Source: Mustelus asterias (Eukaryota). Taken from it: a stretch of 64,000 nt of DNA. The notes beneath the pieces are model-generated. The model had not been told where the DNA came from. It ran no database searches and saw only the letters and a program-made list of their open reading frames with translations. A program made the position numbers and the translations under genes. Positions within the stretch are counted from its first letter, which is position 1. Each line of letters starts with the position of its first letter. The DNA lies in NCBI RefSeq assembly GCF_964213995.1, contig NC_135811.1, forward strand, positions 44,144,001 to 44,208,000, read 5' to 3'. Positions 1 to 13,095 of this stretch are shown one piece after another.

Positions 1-227
1 AATCCAAAACAAACAGATTACTGCAGCCACAGTTCAAAATTAGAATATCAACACACCAGCAAGTATTAAAATTATTTGTCTTTGTTTTAACCTCAATTTT
101 TTTGGCTACATTTGTTCTCAGTGGGTGGACCAGGTTTCGTACCTTGGAGGCTTGTCCCTGATGCTGGGAGTGGGAGGGGCATTTCAGTGGGAACTGATGA
201 GGAATGAGGGGAACATTCCAAGACACT

Positions 228-360
228 GGCCGGAATTCTCCGGTCTCGCACACCCCGCTTGCACTGACGAGAATGGAGAGTTTGGTGCTCAGTCAAATCT
301 CCATTCAGTGCAGCGGGACTGGAGAATCCCAGCAGCAGACGAGTCTGAAGAATTCTGGCC
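228..360. mobile_element. MITE (~130 bp), TIR GGCCGGAATTCT/AGAATTCTGGCC, probably PIF/Harbinger-type
   Basis: Terminal inverted repeats; related copies at ~19076-19210, ~46910-47036 and ~56174-56309. Confidence 0.6.
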
Positions 361-519
361 ATTATTGTACATGATAACAAAAATCATATCCTCTTCAAAA
401 AGACGAGGGAACTCCTGGGATTGGGAAAGAAGATCTGATTTTGGACTGGGGGGGTGGAGGGAGGAGAAAGATGTGTAGGTGGTGGGGCAGAACCCAGTTA
501 TACCAGCTTTACAGGTATA

Positions 520-732
520 ACATTTATTTATTAGTCACAAGTAGGCTTACATTAACACTGCAATTAAGTTACTGTGAAATTCCCTTAGTCGCCACATTCT
601 GGCGCCTGTTCGTGTCAATGCATCTAACCAGCACGTCTTTCAGACTGTGGCAGGAAACCGGAGCACCCGGAGGAAACCCACGCAGACACGGGGAGAACAT
701 GCAAACTCCACACAGACAATGACCCAAGCCAA
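520..732 (-). mobile_element. HE1-related SINE fragment with alternative 3' tail (...AGCCTACTTGTGACTAATAAATAAA)
   Basis: HE1-like core (revcomp of GTTTCCTCCGGGTGCTCCGGTTTCCT); same tail at ~10555-10635, ~11955-12030 and 56375-56677. Confidence 0.65.
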
Positions 733-807
733 GTATACTACTAACAATTTTGTAGATCATCAGCTACCTTCCTCCGGGTGCTCTGGTTTTCCTCCCACAG
801 ACCAAAG

Positions 808-1500
808 ATTTGATTTATTATTGTCACATGTATTAGTATACAGTGAAAAGGATTATTTCTTACATGCTATACAATCAAAGCATACCGTTCACAGAGAAGG
901 AAAGGAGAGAGTGCAGAATCTAGTGTCACAGTGTAGAGAAAGGTCAACTTAATGCGAAGTAGGTCCATTCAAAAGTCTGATGACAGCAGGGAAGAAGCTG
1001 TTCTTGAGTCAGCTGGGACGTGACCTCAGACTTTTGTATCTTTTTCCTGACAAAAGAAGGTGGAAGAGAGAATGTCCGGGGTGCATGGGGTCTTTAATTA
1101 TGCTGGCTGCTTTCCAAGGCAGCGGGAAATGTAGGCAGAGTCAATGGATGGGAGGCTGGTTTGTTTGATGGATTGGGCTACTTTCATGACCTTTTGTAAT
1201 TTCTTGCGGTCTTGGGCAGAGCAGGAGCCATACCAAGCTGTGATACAACCAGAAAGAATGCTTTCTATGGTGCATCTGTAAAAGTTGGAGAGAGTAGTAG
1301 CTGACATGCCAAATTTCCTTAATCTTCTGAGAAAGTAGAGGCGTTGGTGGGCTTTCTTAACTATAGTGTTGGCATGGGGGGACCAGGACAGGTTGTTGGT
1401 GATCTGGACACCTAAAAACCTGAAGCTCTCGACCCTTTCTACTTCATCCCTATTGATGTAGACAAGGGCACATTCTCCACTATACTTCCTGAAGTCGATG
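808..1500 (-). mobile_element. 5'-truncated Rex1/Babar-like LINE (RT C-terminus + 3'UTR) inserted into an HE1 SINE
   Basis: ORF 1098-1541 reads VVIDFRK...FRFLGVQITNNLSW...KKAHQRLYFLRRLRKFG...YRCTIESIL; HE1 pieces flank it (~770-807 and ~1505-1692). Confidence 0.75.
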
Positions 1501-3239
1501 ACTACGTGCAGCTCAGGTGGATTGGCCATGCTAAATTGCACCTTATTGTCCTAAAATGGGATTAGCCATGGTAAGTGTGTGGGGTTACAGGAATAGGGCG
1601 GGGAAGAGGGCTTGGGCAAGATACTCTGTCGGAGAGTCGATGCAGACTCGATTGGCCGAATGGCCTCTTCTGCATTGTAGGGATCCTATGATTTCCCCAG
1701 AAACCTGTTCTCCCTTCTGGGAGCAGGCGACATGAAGAAGATTTTCTCCAGCTTCACCCAGCCCCTTCTCCATCATCAGATCAGCATGGTGCCATTTAGA
1801 CATTCCAGTGAAACATTGGAACTGGCACAACTGAACCGTTCTGCTGGCATGACACACCTACCCAAGCTGAGCACGAAAAGAATTTGGATACAAAGTAGCT
1901 CTCCTTTAACACAAGAAGAAAATGGATTGCGGACCAAACAATGGACCATGGAAACAGTCTTAAGTATTAAGAAGCACATTGCATCTTAATAAGATCGTTT
2001 ACAAAAGGCATGCGAGAAATCAGCATCAATATAGACCCCCAATGGAAATATGCATGCAGCAATTCTTCATGGTGGATTAGAAGCTCCTGGCTCCCCCTAA
2101 AAAATTCCCAATTGCCATTCACCTGAAACCAACCAGAGCAATGATATTCCTCAGGGTTACTTTCATGCTGCTGATTTAGGAGTGTTTCACCAATTGTTAA
2201 TCAAAGTGACGGGTGGAAGCAAGATGGATAAAGGAATTGCCCAGTAACCCACATCATTGAGTAATTGGTATCATCATCCTTGCAGTGTTGGATGAATATA
2301 ATCAAAGATGAAATGAAGAAAATAATGTCAATGTATATGAACAATCAAAACATTGGAAGGCAATGTTAGTGAGTGGAAAGATCCCAGGTTCAATTATAAA
2401 TCTCACTGCGGTAGAGTTTCTGCTCAGGACACAATCAGTAATCTGGACAGGTGCAAATTCCACTTCATGTTGTCAGTTTTCAGAAGCAAAGTTATGGCTC
2501 AGATTTTCTCCCAAACTTAACTGTATAATCTCAAACATAAAGGCCACTTCTTTGTAGTCGCTGGAAATTGGTGCAGAGCTGATCATATGGAAATTACAAT
2601 TTCCATATGATTAGCAGGCCTGGGACCTTATTCTCTGGGCCCACTAATGTCCACACCGCACCCCCTTCCCCCCCCAACCACCCCCGGGAGTGGTTCCCAC
2701 CAGCGGGGTTTACAACTGCTCCCCACTAACAGGAAACCGACGTCCTCACCCCGCTGGTGGGGATAGAGGTCATTGAGGCCCCTCCCCCAGGAGGTCAGGG
2801 GCAAGGGGGGTGCCCCTTGGGCACTGCACAAGAGGCAAACGGACAGTGCCAAGGGGGCAGGGTGATCAGTGGGAGGTACCCACTGCCACTCTGCAAGTGG
2901 GATCGGAGGGGGAAGGAGGGATGAGGACGATTGGGGCAGTAGGCCAAGGATGGGGGGTGGGGGGCTAGTACGCATGCGTCAATATCCATACTGACAGATC
3001 GGCGCATCGCAGTGACCTGCTCAGCACTATGCCGCCAGCCTCTCGGGCAGGAATAGGCCCCGACCCCTGCTTTTCAGAGTGAATTGCCCTGAGGCACTCT
3101 GCATTGCTAGAGCGTCAGAGATTTGTTCAGGTAAATACGCCCAAAGAATGGATGGGAAATACCCCGTTTCCCCACCCGTTGGGCACTTAGTTTTATTCTG
3201 GGAGAATCCCGGCCAAAATATTCCACCAACCAAAATCTA

Positions 3240-3845
3240 CCCCTGGGGGCGGGGCACTGAGACAAGAGTTCAAATCCCACCACAACAACTGGTGAATTTT
3301 GAATTGAATTAATAAAATCTGGAATTGAAAGCCGGTAATAGTGACCATGACACTATCATAGACTGCTGTACAAACCCATCTGGTTCCTTTAGGGAAGGAA
3401 ATCTGCCATCCTTACTGTGATAAACCCCAGGATTCGCATGGGAAAACCACTGATTGACCTCCCTGTAGGACGTGTCGAATACGAGCTCCCTGGCAATTGC
3501 CTTACCAGATGGAGCTCATATACTAAGCCCTTTATAATACAAGCCCCTGAGTGGGTCCTTTGATGCACTGTCCCAGTTAGGACCTGTTTGTGTTCACCAC
3601 AGGCTTGCGGCGTTTGCTTGACTTTATTTTGTGCAACAGAGCACTGTTCCTTTACAGTTGACTGCTGGAGTTATTATACTTACCCAGTCTGGTCTACATG
3701 TGAATCCAGACTCATACTAATGTGGTTGACTCTTAATTGCTCTCTGAAATGGCCTAGCAAGCCAATCAGCTCAAGGATAAATAGGATGGGTAACAAATGC
3801 TGACCTTGCTAGTGATGTCCACCATCTCATGAAAGACTGAAGAAA
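3240..3845 (+). mobile_element. tRNA-like shark SINE (tail ...GGGATGGG(C/T)AA(T/C)AAATGCTG...) interrupted by a solo LTR
   Basis: B-box-like GAGTTCAAATCC; further copies at ~4715-5056(-), ~8515-8850(+), ~23150-23490(+), ~29556-29890(-); tail shared with LINE end at ~12690-13095. Confidence 0.7.
3416..3678 (+). mobile_element. Solo LTR, family A (TGTGATAA...TTATTATA), 5-bp TSD CTTAC
   Basis: TSD at 3411-3415 and 3679-3683; TATA-like motif; homologous copy at 44672-44929. Confidence 0.75.
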
Positions 3846-6800
3846 TAATAACTAGTGTAATCATGCAGCGTAATCATTGTTTCCATTTACACTTGCACTC
3901 AAGGATATTCCTTGACTTATTTAAGAGCTGTAATTTGGTACAGTTTTACTAATACTGCTGGTAATGGGTTTAACCATAGAATAAGCATTTTTAGTCAGGA
4001 GATCTCGTCCACCACTTGTGATTAACTTGATTATAAATAAGATGACATTAAAATCCATTGAATCATTTACTTGTTCTATCGCACACCAAACTTTTAAAAT
4101 GTACTTTGTACCGAAATTAATTTGAAGAGTCTCCTTAATGGTTGCAAAAGAGGACAACCAACAGATCTCAGTGGTCATCATTTCAACTTGAAAAGGCGGG
4201 AGAGAGTAGCCGTGGTGAGACCAGTTTTGTAGTTGGGGCCATCTTCCACTGTGATGTTTTTTAAACCAGCGTTAAAGAACATAGAAATTCTATTTACACT
4301 CAACGTAATCCTTGCTTAGAATCCCTGAATCTTTTATGCTGGTAGACCAATCTCAGGGAGATATCAGAAACCTTAGGCCAATGTGTGTACTCTTGGTCCA
4401 TATCAGTCCTAAAGTTAATATTTGAAAACTGCTATGCATGTTGCTTTCATATTTAAATTGCTTTCCATTTTCATGAGGCAGCATGCCACTAGAAATTCCA
4501 GTCCCTATCGGATAATGAGGATGTGGGGAGTGATTTTCCAGTTGCACGCACCCCAATTCCAGAAATTCTCGCCTGAGCTCAATGGACCTTTAAATGGTCC
4601 GCCGAATTTTCTGTCTCGCCCGCTACAGCAGGCAAGGCGGGACATTTTCAGCTGTTGTCTATCCTGGCATCCAATTGGAATTTTAAGCCTATCAACATGC
4701 CACAAACTAGTCATTTTTTTAATTCCTGGGACATGGGCATCGCTGGTCACCATTTATTGCTTGTCCCTAGTTGCCTTTGAACTAAGTGCTTTGCTAGGCC
4801 AATTCAGAGAGCAGTTGAGAGTCAACCACATTGCTGTAGCTCTGGAGTCACATGTAGGCCAGACCAGGTAAGGACAGCAGATTTCCTTTCCGAAAGGACA
4901 TTAATGAACCAAATGGGCTTTTCCGACAATCGACAATGGTTTCATGGTCATCAGTCAATTCTTAATTCCAGATTTTTTCATTGAATTCAAATTCCACCAT
5001 CTGCCATGGTGGAATTCGAACCCGGGTTCCCAGAACTTTAGCTGAGTTTCTGGATTAAAAGAATCATAGAACGATACCGTGCAGAAGAGACCCTTCGGCC
5101 CATCAAGTCTGCACCGACACATTGGAAACATCTGAACTCCCACCTAATTCCATCTGCCAGCACTTGGCCCGTAGCCCTGAATGTTATGGTGTGCCATGTG
5201 TTCATCCAGATACTTTTTAAAGGATGTGAGGCAACCCACCTCTACCAACCTCCCAGGCTGCACATTCTGGACCATCACCACCCTCTGGGTAAAAAAGTTC
5301 TTCCTCACATCCTCCCTAAACCTCCTGCAATAACATCACTAAGCCATCACCTCCCCATTTCTTTTATCTTAACCACAAGCTTTAACCAGGCACCAGTTTT
5401 ATTTTAACTCTTCGGAGAAACCTGGAATAAATTGTGGCTGATTTATGTTCTGCTAATGTTCAAGATATTCAGTTTCATGACACTTTGTAAATCCAACATG
5501 TTCATTTCTTCTGTTTTTACTTCCTAAAATTTTGTGAACGCATCATGTCAGAGACAGCCATGTCCTCCAAATATAAGCTTCCAGAATATCATTATTTATA
5601 ATATAATTCACACTAATTAAAAAGTTTGTATGATAGCAGATGGATATGATAAGGATAATACACTAATGGAAGAGCTCCATCTGCTACAGTTGACACCTTT
5701 ACACAAGAAGTAAATATGTAGGCAATGGTGCATTGACAATTATCTTACATAATGTGAAAAGGTCATTTTTTGCCTGTTTGTACGGAAAGCATTTTTTTTG
5801 TAGCAATGGGAAATTTGTAATACATCACTTGTGCTGCCAAACAAATTTCTGATAACAAGCCTCATGAGAAGAAGAAAAAACAAACTAAAAATAGTAATCG
5901 CATTAAAATTGAAAAAACAACAGAAGGCAGAGAAACGGTGGCAAGAAAATTCAACAAAATTAAAAGGGACATAATAAGGGTAAAGAAGAAAGCTAAGTAA
6001 TGAGGAAATGAATGCAGCATATAGATTAACAAGAATAATCAGCAAATGTACACATAGATATAAAGATCTGTATAGTACAAAACACTGGTTGGAATTCTCC
6101 CATGGCCCCTCCAGCATGTGGGAAGGGGGCAGGGGAGAATTTGATGGGAGTGCAGAAAATCAGTTTCACGACAATTTCCCGTGGAATTTCCCAAGGGATC
6201 TTCTACTGGTGTCCGCAATGGTGGATCAGGAAACCCCCTGAAGGCAACTGATTTGCATCCCACTAATGGAATCCGACTCTGACACCAGCGGAAAACGCAT
6301 CTGGGTAAAACACGTCTGGCACAACGTGGTGTGCAGATGCCGGGACTCCCCGGAACAATGTCTGGGGTTGCTAGAATTCGGGATGGAGGCTGCCAGCAAC
6401 CCTGGGACACCACAAGAGTGGGGGGGGGGGGGCGGGGGCAGATTCAGTGTCCTGGAGGGGGTCCATTTCCAGCCCCTCAGAATGTTCCTGGAGAGCCACC
6501 TTCTTTCTTAAATATTAGTCAGTGATGTTGGGCACCTTTTCAATATGGCGCCCGGATACAACAGCAGACTACAATCCAGGAGACCTGCCCCACCACGGAA
6601 TGCAGCGCAAAACACCTGGTGGCATAATTAATGAGGTCAGGGTCGGATGATAGGCCTGTTTTCCTGCCAGATGGGAGAATTCCACCTACTGATTGTATTT
6701 TTAGTTATATTTATCGCATTTTGTATTCTTTTTTAATTATAAATTCCTATGCCCATATTATGATGGAAATGCCTATGGAAACTCAATATCCCTTTGGGTA

Positions 6801-7559
6801 ATCTAGCCCTGGGTTGCAAATTCTGGTTTCTAAATTTTCTCAATACTTTCTGAAAATTGATTTATTCACCACTTTTCCCTTAGCAACTAAAATTTCAAAT
6901 CTGCAAAATAACAATGTAGCAAAAGTCAAGAATTACATATTACAATGACATACAACTACATATACTGCCAATCATATGATTACACTTATGTGCAGCATTT
7001 TCCAGCACCCTCACAGCATGTTTTTCCTCAGCGGAGGCGGTTTACCATTGGCGAGATCTTCTGTTCCTGCTGATGTCTACAGCGTTTTGCGTGGCTTGCC
7101 CGTCCCACCACTGGGGAACCTGCAGAACCTTGGAGGGGGGTGGCGGGGGGGGGGGGATGGTCATCTTTGGCGAGTCCGGAAGATCCCGCCAACAGGTAGG
7201 GGCAGAAAATCCCGCCCTGTACATTAAATTATCTGCTGTTTAATGCTTTAATTTTTATCTGAAAGATTCTGCTGCCTGGGCTTTGCATTGATAGTCTTGA
7301 ATTTCTTCAGGGCTAGTGGTAGGAGATAGCAGAGTTCCTGGAAAAGCAACAAGAAGCTGAAGAAAAGCCAGCTTTGGTCTGTATTGCCATTCCTACCAAG
7401 TTTCCATCCATCTTCCAACATGATGGCAGAAGGTTGAAAAAATCCTGGCACAACTACAAAAGGTCAATATTATTGCTCAGAGCCGTGTATTGTATTGTGC
7501 AGTTTAAATATCTAGAATTTACCTAATTTTAGAGAACGCATCACTTTAGTTCAATTAAG

Positions 7560-7682
7560 ATGTGGAGATGCTGGCGTTGGACTGGGGTGGGCACAGTAAG
7601 AAGTCTCACAACACCAGGTTAAAGTCCAACAGGTTTATTTGGTATCACAAGCTTTCGGAGCACTGCCCCTTCATCAGGTGAG
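7560..7682 (-). mobile_element. Penelope-like element 3' end fragment
   Basis: Matches the 3' end of the GIY-YIG-bearing copy at 26960-27882. Confidence 0.8.
7645..7681 (-). ncRNA. Minimal type I hammerhead ribozyme motif
   Basis: Minus strand: TCAC-CTGATGA-a-GGGGC-agt-GCTCC-GAAA-G-CTT-GTGA. Confidence 0.65.
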
Positions 7683-7797
7683 AGAGACTGTGAGTGAGAG
7701 AGAGTGTAATAGTGAGCGAGTGTGAGAGAGAGAGTGTAACGGTGAGCGAGTGTGAGAGAGAGTGTAATAGTGAGCGAGTGTGAGAGAGAGAGTGTTA
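7682..7797. repeat. GA-rich tandem repeat, ~26-28-nt unit (GAGAGAGTGTAATAGTGAGCGAGTGT), ~4 copies
   Basis: Directly visible. Confidence 0.85.
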
Positions 7798-8869
7798 AGA
7801 ATGGAAAGAGAGGCTGATGACAAAGAAATAGAGAGGATGGGATTGGTTGGGGTCAACCAGGAGCATATGTATGAGGGAGAAGATTTTCTTTGTCCAACGT
7901 TACTTCAATTGTCAAAAAAGCAGCTAAAAGCTAGCTAATTACCTCACTTGCACATTATTGACAGTAATGATCCATGCTAATAAATTATACCTACGAGACA
8001 AAGATGCTAATTTCAAACAGCTCGACAACACAGTTCAAAAGACAAGTTTTTTTTCCCCTCGTCCTAACTCACAGTTTATTAATGTTGACTTTTGAAAGCA
8101 AATTCTCTCCAATTTTTACTTGAAGTCCCATGCTGCCTGCACTTGAAGTTGCTGGTGTTGTGACGTTAGTGTTTATTATTAAATCTGTTATGAAGGGGAG
8201 GGTGATCTTCTCTCAGAGAACTAATATTCAACCAAAGAGAAGCACCTCCCTTTCATAATCTATTAAAAAGAGTATGTGAGAAATGGTACAGTTTGCCTAT
8301 AGCAATGTTTTATCTATGCTTTATCGCAAGTTTAAAAGAAAAAAGAGCTATTTTTTCATGATGATGGTTCATTTTTTTTCTTAAGGGGGAGATGTTGTAA
8401 AGTTTATGTTTGTAAAATTATAAAAATTGTGAAAGTTGTAAAAATGCTAATAGTTGTAAAATTGTCTGTTTAAAAGTTTTTTTTTTATATACAAAAGAGC
8501 TGCAGATGCGCCCAATAGCCAGAATGGTATTGTCACTGAATTAGTAATACAGAGACACAGCTCTGGGGGCCAGAGTTCAAATCCCACTATGGCAGATGGT
8601 GAAATTTGAATTCAATAAATTTCTGGAATTAAAAGTCTAACGATGACCATGAAATCAGTGTCGATTGTCAGAAAAAAAACATCTGTTTCACTAACGTCCT
8701 TTAGGGAAAGAAATCTGTCATCCTTACCTGGTCTGGCCTACGTGACTCCAGATCCTCAGCAATGTGGTTGATTCATAAATATCCTTGGGGATGGGAAATA
8801 AATGCTGACCCAGCCAGCGATGCCCACAACCCATGAACGAATAAAAAATAGTCACGGTCATTGTCGTAC

Positions 8870-9450
8870 TTGCCAGCGGTTCTTTACAGACTGCACAGGT
8901 GATATCAGCAGTATATCACAGTTCAGATTACAATGATGTCTTAGGGAAGTCACCACGAGACTTTCTGCACCACAAGAAACACTTTCTTATTGATGGAGAG
9001 AAGCAGGAGGAGAAAGCATGAGGCTGAGCTGACAGATGTCCCTATAGTTCACTGGCTGCATGTTCATACCTTATTCCACACTGGAATATTTATCAATCAC
9101 AAGGGATTTCACTCCCTCAATGGAAATTTGGTTTCGGATAACAGGTAGAACATCCTGCAGGTCTATGGCCATTATCCTGACAGCACTTACAACTCTTTCA
9201 ATCTGCGCGAGTTCTCTTTACCACCTTTATTAGACTCAGATCTCCAAGCTGGCTATTGGGCAGCAAAGGATATCCCTTCATGTCTCAAGATTTCCATTTG
9301 GAACCCGTGCGATGCTACACAGAAGGCCTGCAATAAGTGCAAGCATGCCAAAATGAACAGCCTCCAGCAGACAAGTTGGATACTCTGGCAATGCTTCCAC
9401 TGCATGGACCATTCCAGAGGAATTTTGCAACAAACACTGGAGTCTGCTTA
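8870..9450 (+). pseudogene. Decayed PIF/Harbinger (HARBI1-like) transposase relic
   Basis: Broken reading resembling ASGSLQT..., FINHKGFHSLN..., ILQV...YP, WLLGSKGYP, FHCMDHS; many stops and frameshifts. Confidence 0.6.
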
Positions 9451-9462
9451 AAAATGGAGGAA

Positions 9463-9735
9463 AATCATAGAATCCCTACAATGCAGGAGGAGACCATTCA
9501 GCCCATCAAGTCTGTACCAACAACAATCCAACCCAGGCCCTATATATTTATCCGGCTAATCCCCCTGACACTTAGGGGAAATTTAACATGGCCAATCTAC
9601 CTAACCTGCACATCTTTAGAGTGTGGGAGGAAACTGGAGCACCCGGAGGAAACCCACATAGACATGGGGAGAACTTGCAGACTCCAGACAGACAGTCACC
9701 CAAGCCAGGAATCGAACCCGGGTCCCTGACGCTGA
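9463..9735 (-). mobile_element. HE1 SINE
   Basis: HE1 core, B box and CR1-derived tail (GGGATTCTATGA) on minus strand. Confidence 0.8.
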
Positions 9736-12689
9736 AATGATTACATCACTTGCCTATTGTTGGTGAGCAGCATCTTGGCAGTTAGATTCTTCTCTTTGAC
9801 ATGAGCATACCAATCATCCAGGAACGATTGGAAACAATAATGTGGGTTCGTTATTTTAAGAACCATAAACTGTTTTTTTTAAGAAACAACTATATACCGT
9901 TAGCGTTAACTGGAAAGCTAATGTTAGGAAATAGAGATAGTTAAGTAAATAATATTTATATTTATGGGTGTTAAAAATAAGGTATTGCTTTAAGTTTAAG
10001 TTTCTTTTAGATTTCTGCATTTGAGTGTTAAAGAAACTGGAGTTTTAGTTTCACTTTAAAAGATGCCTACATTTTAATGAGGTTTTACCACTCTGAATCA
10101 AAGACAGGGTATAAAATACTGGGCTGTTGCCTAGTAACGAGGGGCCACAGGAGAACAGAACGCAGTTTGGGGTTCGATCGGTGATTATGCTTTAAGGTGC
10201 ATGGAACAGTTTGGCATGGAAGGGATGGCTTGCATTTGGTAACGGGATCTTCTGGTCCCGCTGAAGTCAATGACAATTTGCACATCTTCCCCATCCCACC
10301 ATCGGGGAAACCGTCACAGAGGGTTGACTTTACTGGGAAGGGCTGGAAAATTCCACCCCAATTCTTTTTCTGACAGAATATGAAGGGAGACTGAAGAGAG
10401 CAGGGAAACCAAATGGTCATTTCAATTATCATCTGATCGAAAGTACTTTGTTTGAGGAGCTTAGCTGCATTCCTCCACCCTTACAGAAAGGTCCCAAAGC
10501 CAGGGAGAGGAACAGGAGTCGTCGAAAGGATAGTTGAAAATAGGACAGTGGCGCCTAGGAGATTTTCTCAGTAACTTCATTGCAATGTTAATGTCAGGCC
10601 GACTTGTGACACTCATAAATAAACTTCAAACTTTGATTAAGAAACCCACGCTGAAATTTCCCAACTGGGATTTGTAAGCAACGGTATGATTTTTATAAAC
10701 ATGTTAAAGAGATTACATTCAATAATATACTTCATGCAATAATAAATAATGCACTTGGATTCCAAGGATTCTCCTTCCATTTATTGCCAATTTGTGGCAC
10801 ATTTTGGGAGGACAAGAATGGGATAGAGAGGACAAATCCTGTTACAAGTCCAAAGCCCCACAGCAACATTGCACTTTCCTGATGGCAGCCACAAGCATTG
10901 TCACAATTGAACTTGCATTTTAATCAGAATGCTGTTGAAGTTGCCAACTTTACTGTACATGGACTACCTCAAAAAAAACTCTTGTTAAAGAGACACCACT
11001 GATTGATAGGTAACAGAAGGCAGGACAGAGTTTATTAGGATAAGGCGCTTGGTCAAATTTTATAGCTAAAGACTCATATTTGGGTGACATTCCTCATTGC
11101 TGTAAATTTCTTTTTGAACAACTACCCACGAAGGACACAGTTCCATTTCTGTTAGATAATTCCCTGTACTCTTGTTTTGAAGGGAAGGATGTGGATAATG
11201 AGGAAGAGGGTTAGCAGGCAGCCTAGAGCCCATTTCAGAGAGGTTGTTGACTAGCACCAGTTAATGAGGGAACTTTGGATGGGATTTTTCTCCCTCTCTG
11301 TGGCACGTTTGATGGCAACGCAGTGCTCGCTGGTGGCGGCATCTTATGGTTCTGCCGCTCTCAACTGGGTTTCTCGTTGAACGCGCCCTCACAGTCCGGA
11401 AACCCATGGTGGGGGTGCGCTGTCAGTGGGACCGTAAGATCCTGCCAGCGTGGACTGCAGCAAGATTTTGGCATTTAGTTCTAAGTCCGACTTCATTACG
11501 CAAGGTGTTATTAATGCACAAATCAACCAAATAAATTCAGAGGAGGAAGAGGTGCCCTGTGGGAACCAAATTTCCAGAAATTAATGATTAACTTATTGCC
11601 TTGTACAAGTGCCTCATCCTCAATGTCCCTGTATTTGTTAAAAACTAGCTTGAACATTAATTGACCACAGATTAAAATTGCCACAGATAATTAGGGCTCA
11701 TACTTAAAGTAAGCACACTTTTAACAATGTAATAATGAATGCAATGCTAATCAACCTCTCTGTCCCAGAAAGGGAACCACTGATAGTGTGCAATCTCATT
11801 CATGAATGTTATAAAACATTCTTAGCAATTTTTAAAATTTAAACTTAAATAACTTTTTTTTCCCCTTTCTGGCACTTTCTTCTCTCAGTCGAAATTCTTC
11901 CTTCCTAATTTCTGTTTCTGTCCTTGGTTTGACTCTTATTTCCCCCTCCCTTGTAGGAATTTTCACAATAACTTTCACAATTGCAGTGATAAATGCAAGC
12001 CTACTTGTGACACTAATAAATGAACTTTAAAACATCTATCATTCCTCTTTTTAAATTTTAATCACTAGATCTCATTAGTTAAAGAGACGGAATGCTAGTC
12101 CCATCATTCACTAAGGTCATAGATGTCGAAATGCACTAACTACACCATCAGCAACACCATTATACTTCCAGCAAGTTATAGCACAAATTATCTTTAGGCT
12201 GTAGGATAAACTAACGTAACACATCACTAAACCTCACTCCAGGAAGATTTGGCCCACTAGTTTTGGCCATCATGGTTCTGTTTTATCAATTACACCAATT
12301 CAAATGTTTTGCAAACAGGCCCAAACCTCGGTCCAAATCATTCCCGACATATCCCATCAATGCTAAATAACACTAAGGCAAATAAATCTATCGGCCTTCC
12401 TATTGTTCTTTTCATCACTCAGCTACATCTTGATGTCTATCGTTATTCAAACCTTTATTTTCTTGTTTGGCTTGGTGTTCTGTCCAAAGCTGGGATTTCT
12501 AAGGTCAATGCTTGTCAGCAGAACCCGAAGAGAATGAGATGTCATAGATTGTGGTCTGATTTTCCCCTTTCACAAGAAGGTAAAGGCTGGGAAGGCAGTC
12601 TGCTTATTGTCATAGGAAATCCAACTCACTTCAAACAATATTCCTTTATGGGGTGATGACAGGTGTAGGAAAGAGGGTATTATCAGCCT

Positions 12690-13095
12690 GCTTCATTGGT
12701 ACCCCCATCCAGCACATTCACCACCTGCTCACAGTGGCCATATGTACCATTTACTAGATGTACTTCAACTACTCGCCAATTCTCCAACTATTCTCCAACA
12801 GCACCTTCCAAACTTACAACCTTTACTACCTAGGACAAGACTGGATCTGTGGCAACACCATCGCCTGCAAGTTCCCCTCCAAACCACACAGCCAATTTGA
12901 AAATCGCTGCTCCTTCACTGCCACTGGGTGAAAGACCAGGAGTTCCCTACCTAACAGCACTGTGAATGCACCAATACAATATGGACTGTGGCAGTTCAAG
13001 GTGGCTCACCACCACGTTTTCAAGAGTAAATTAGGGATGGGCAATAAATTGTGGCCTTGTCAACAATGAGCACATCCCATAAGAGAATTTTTAAA
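12690..13095 (+). mobile_element. LINE 3' end (L2/CR1 group); likely partner of the SINE family at 3240
   Basis: Shares the ...TAGGGATGGGCAATAAAT... tail; antisense copy at ~60165-60660. Confidence 0.55.
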
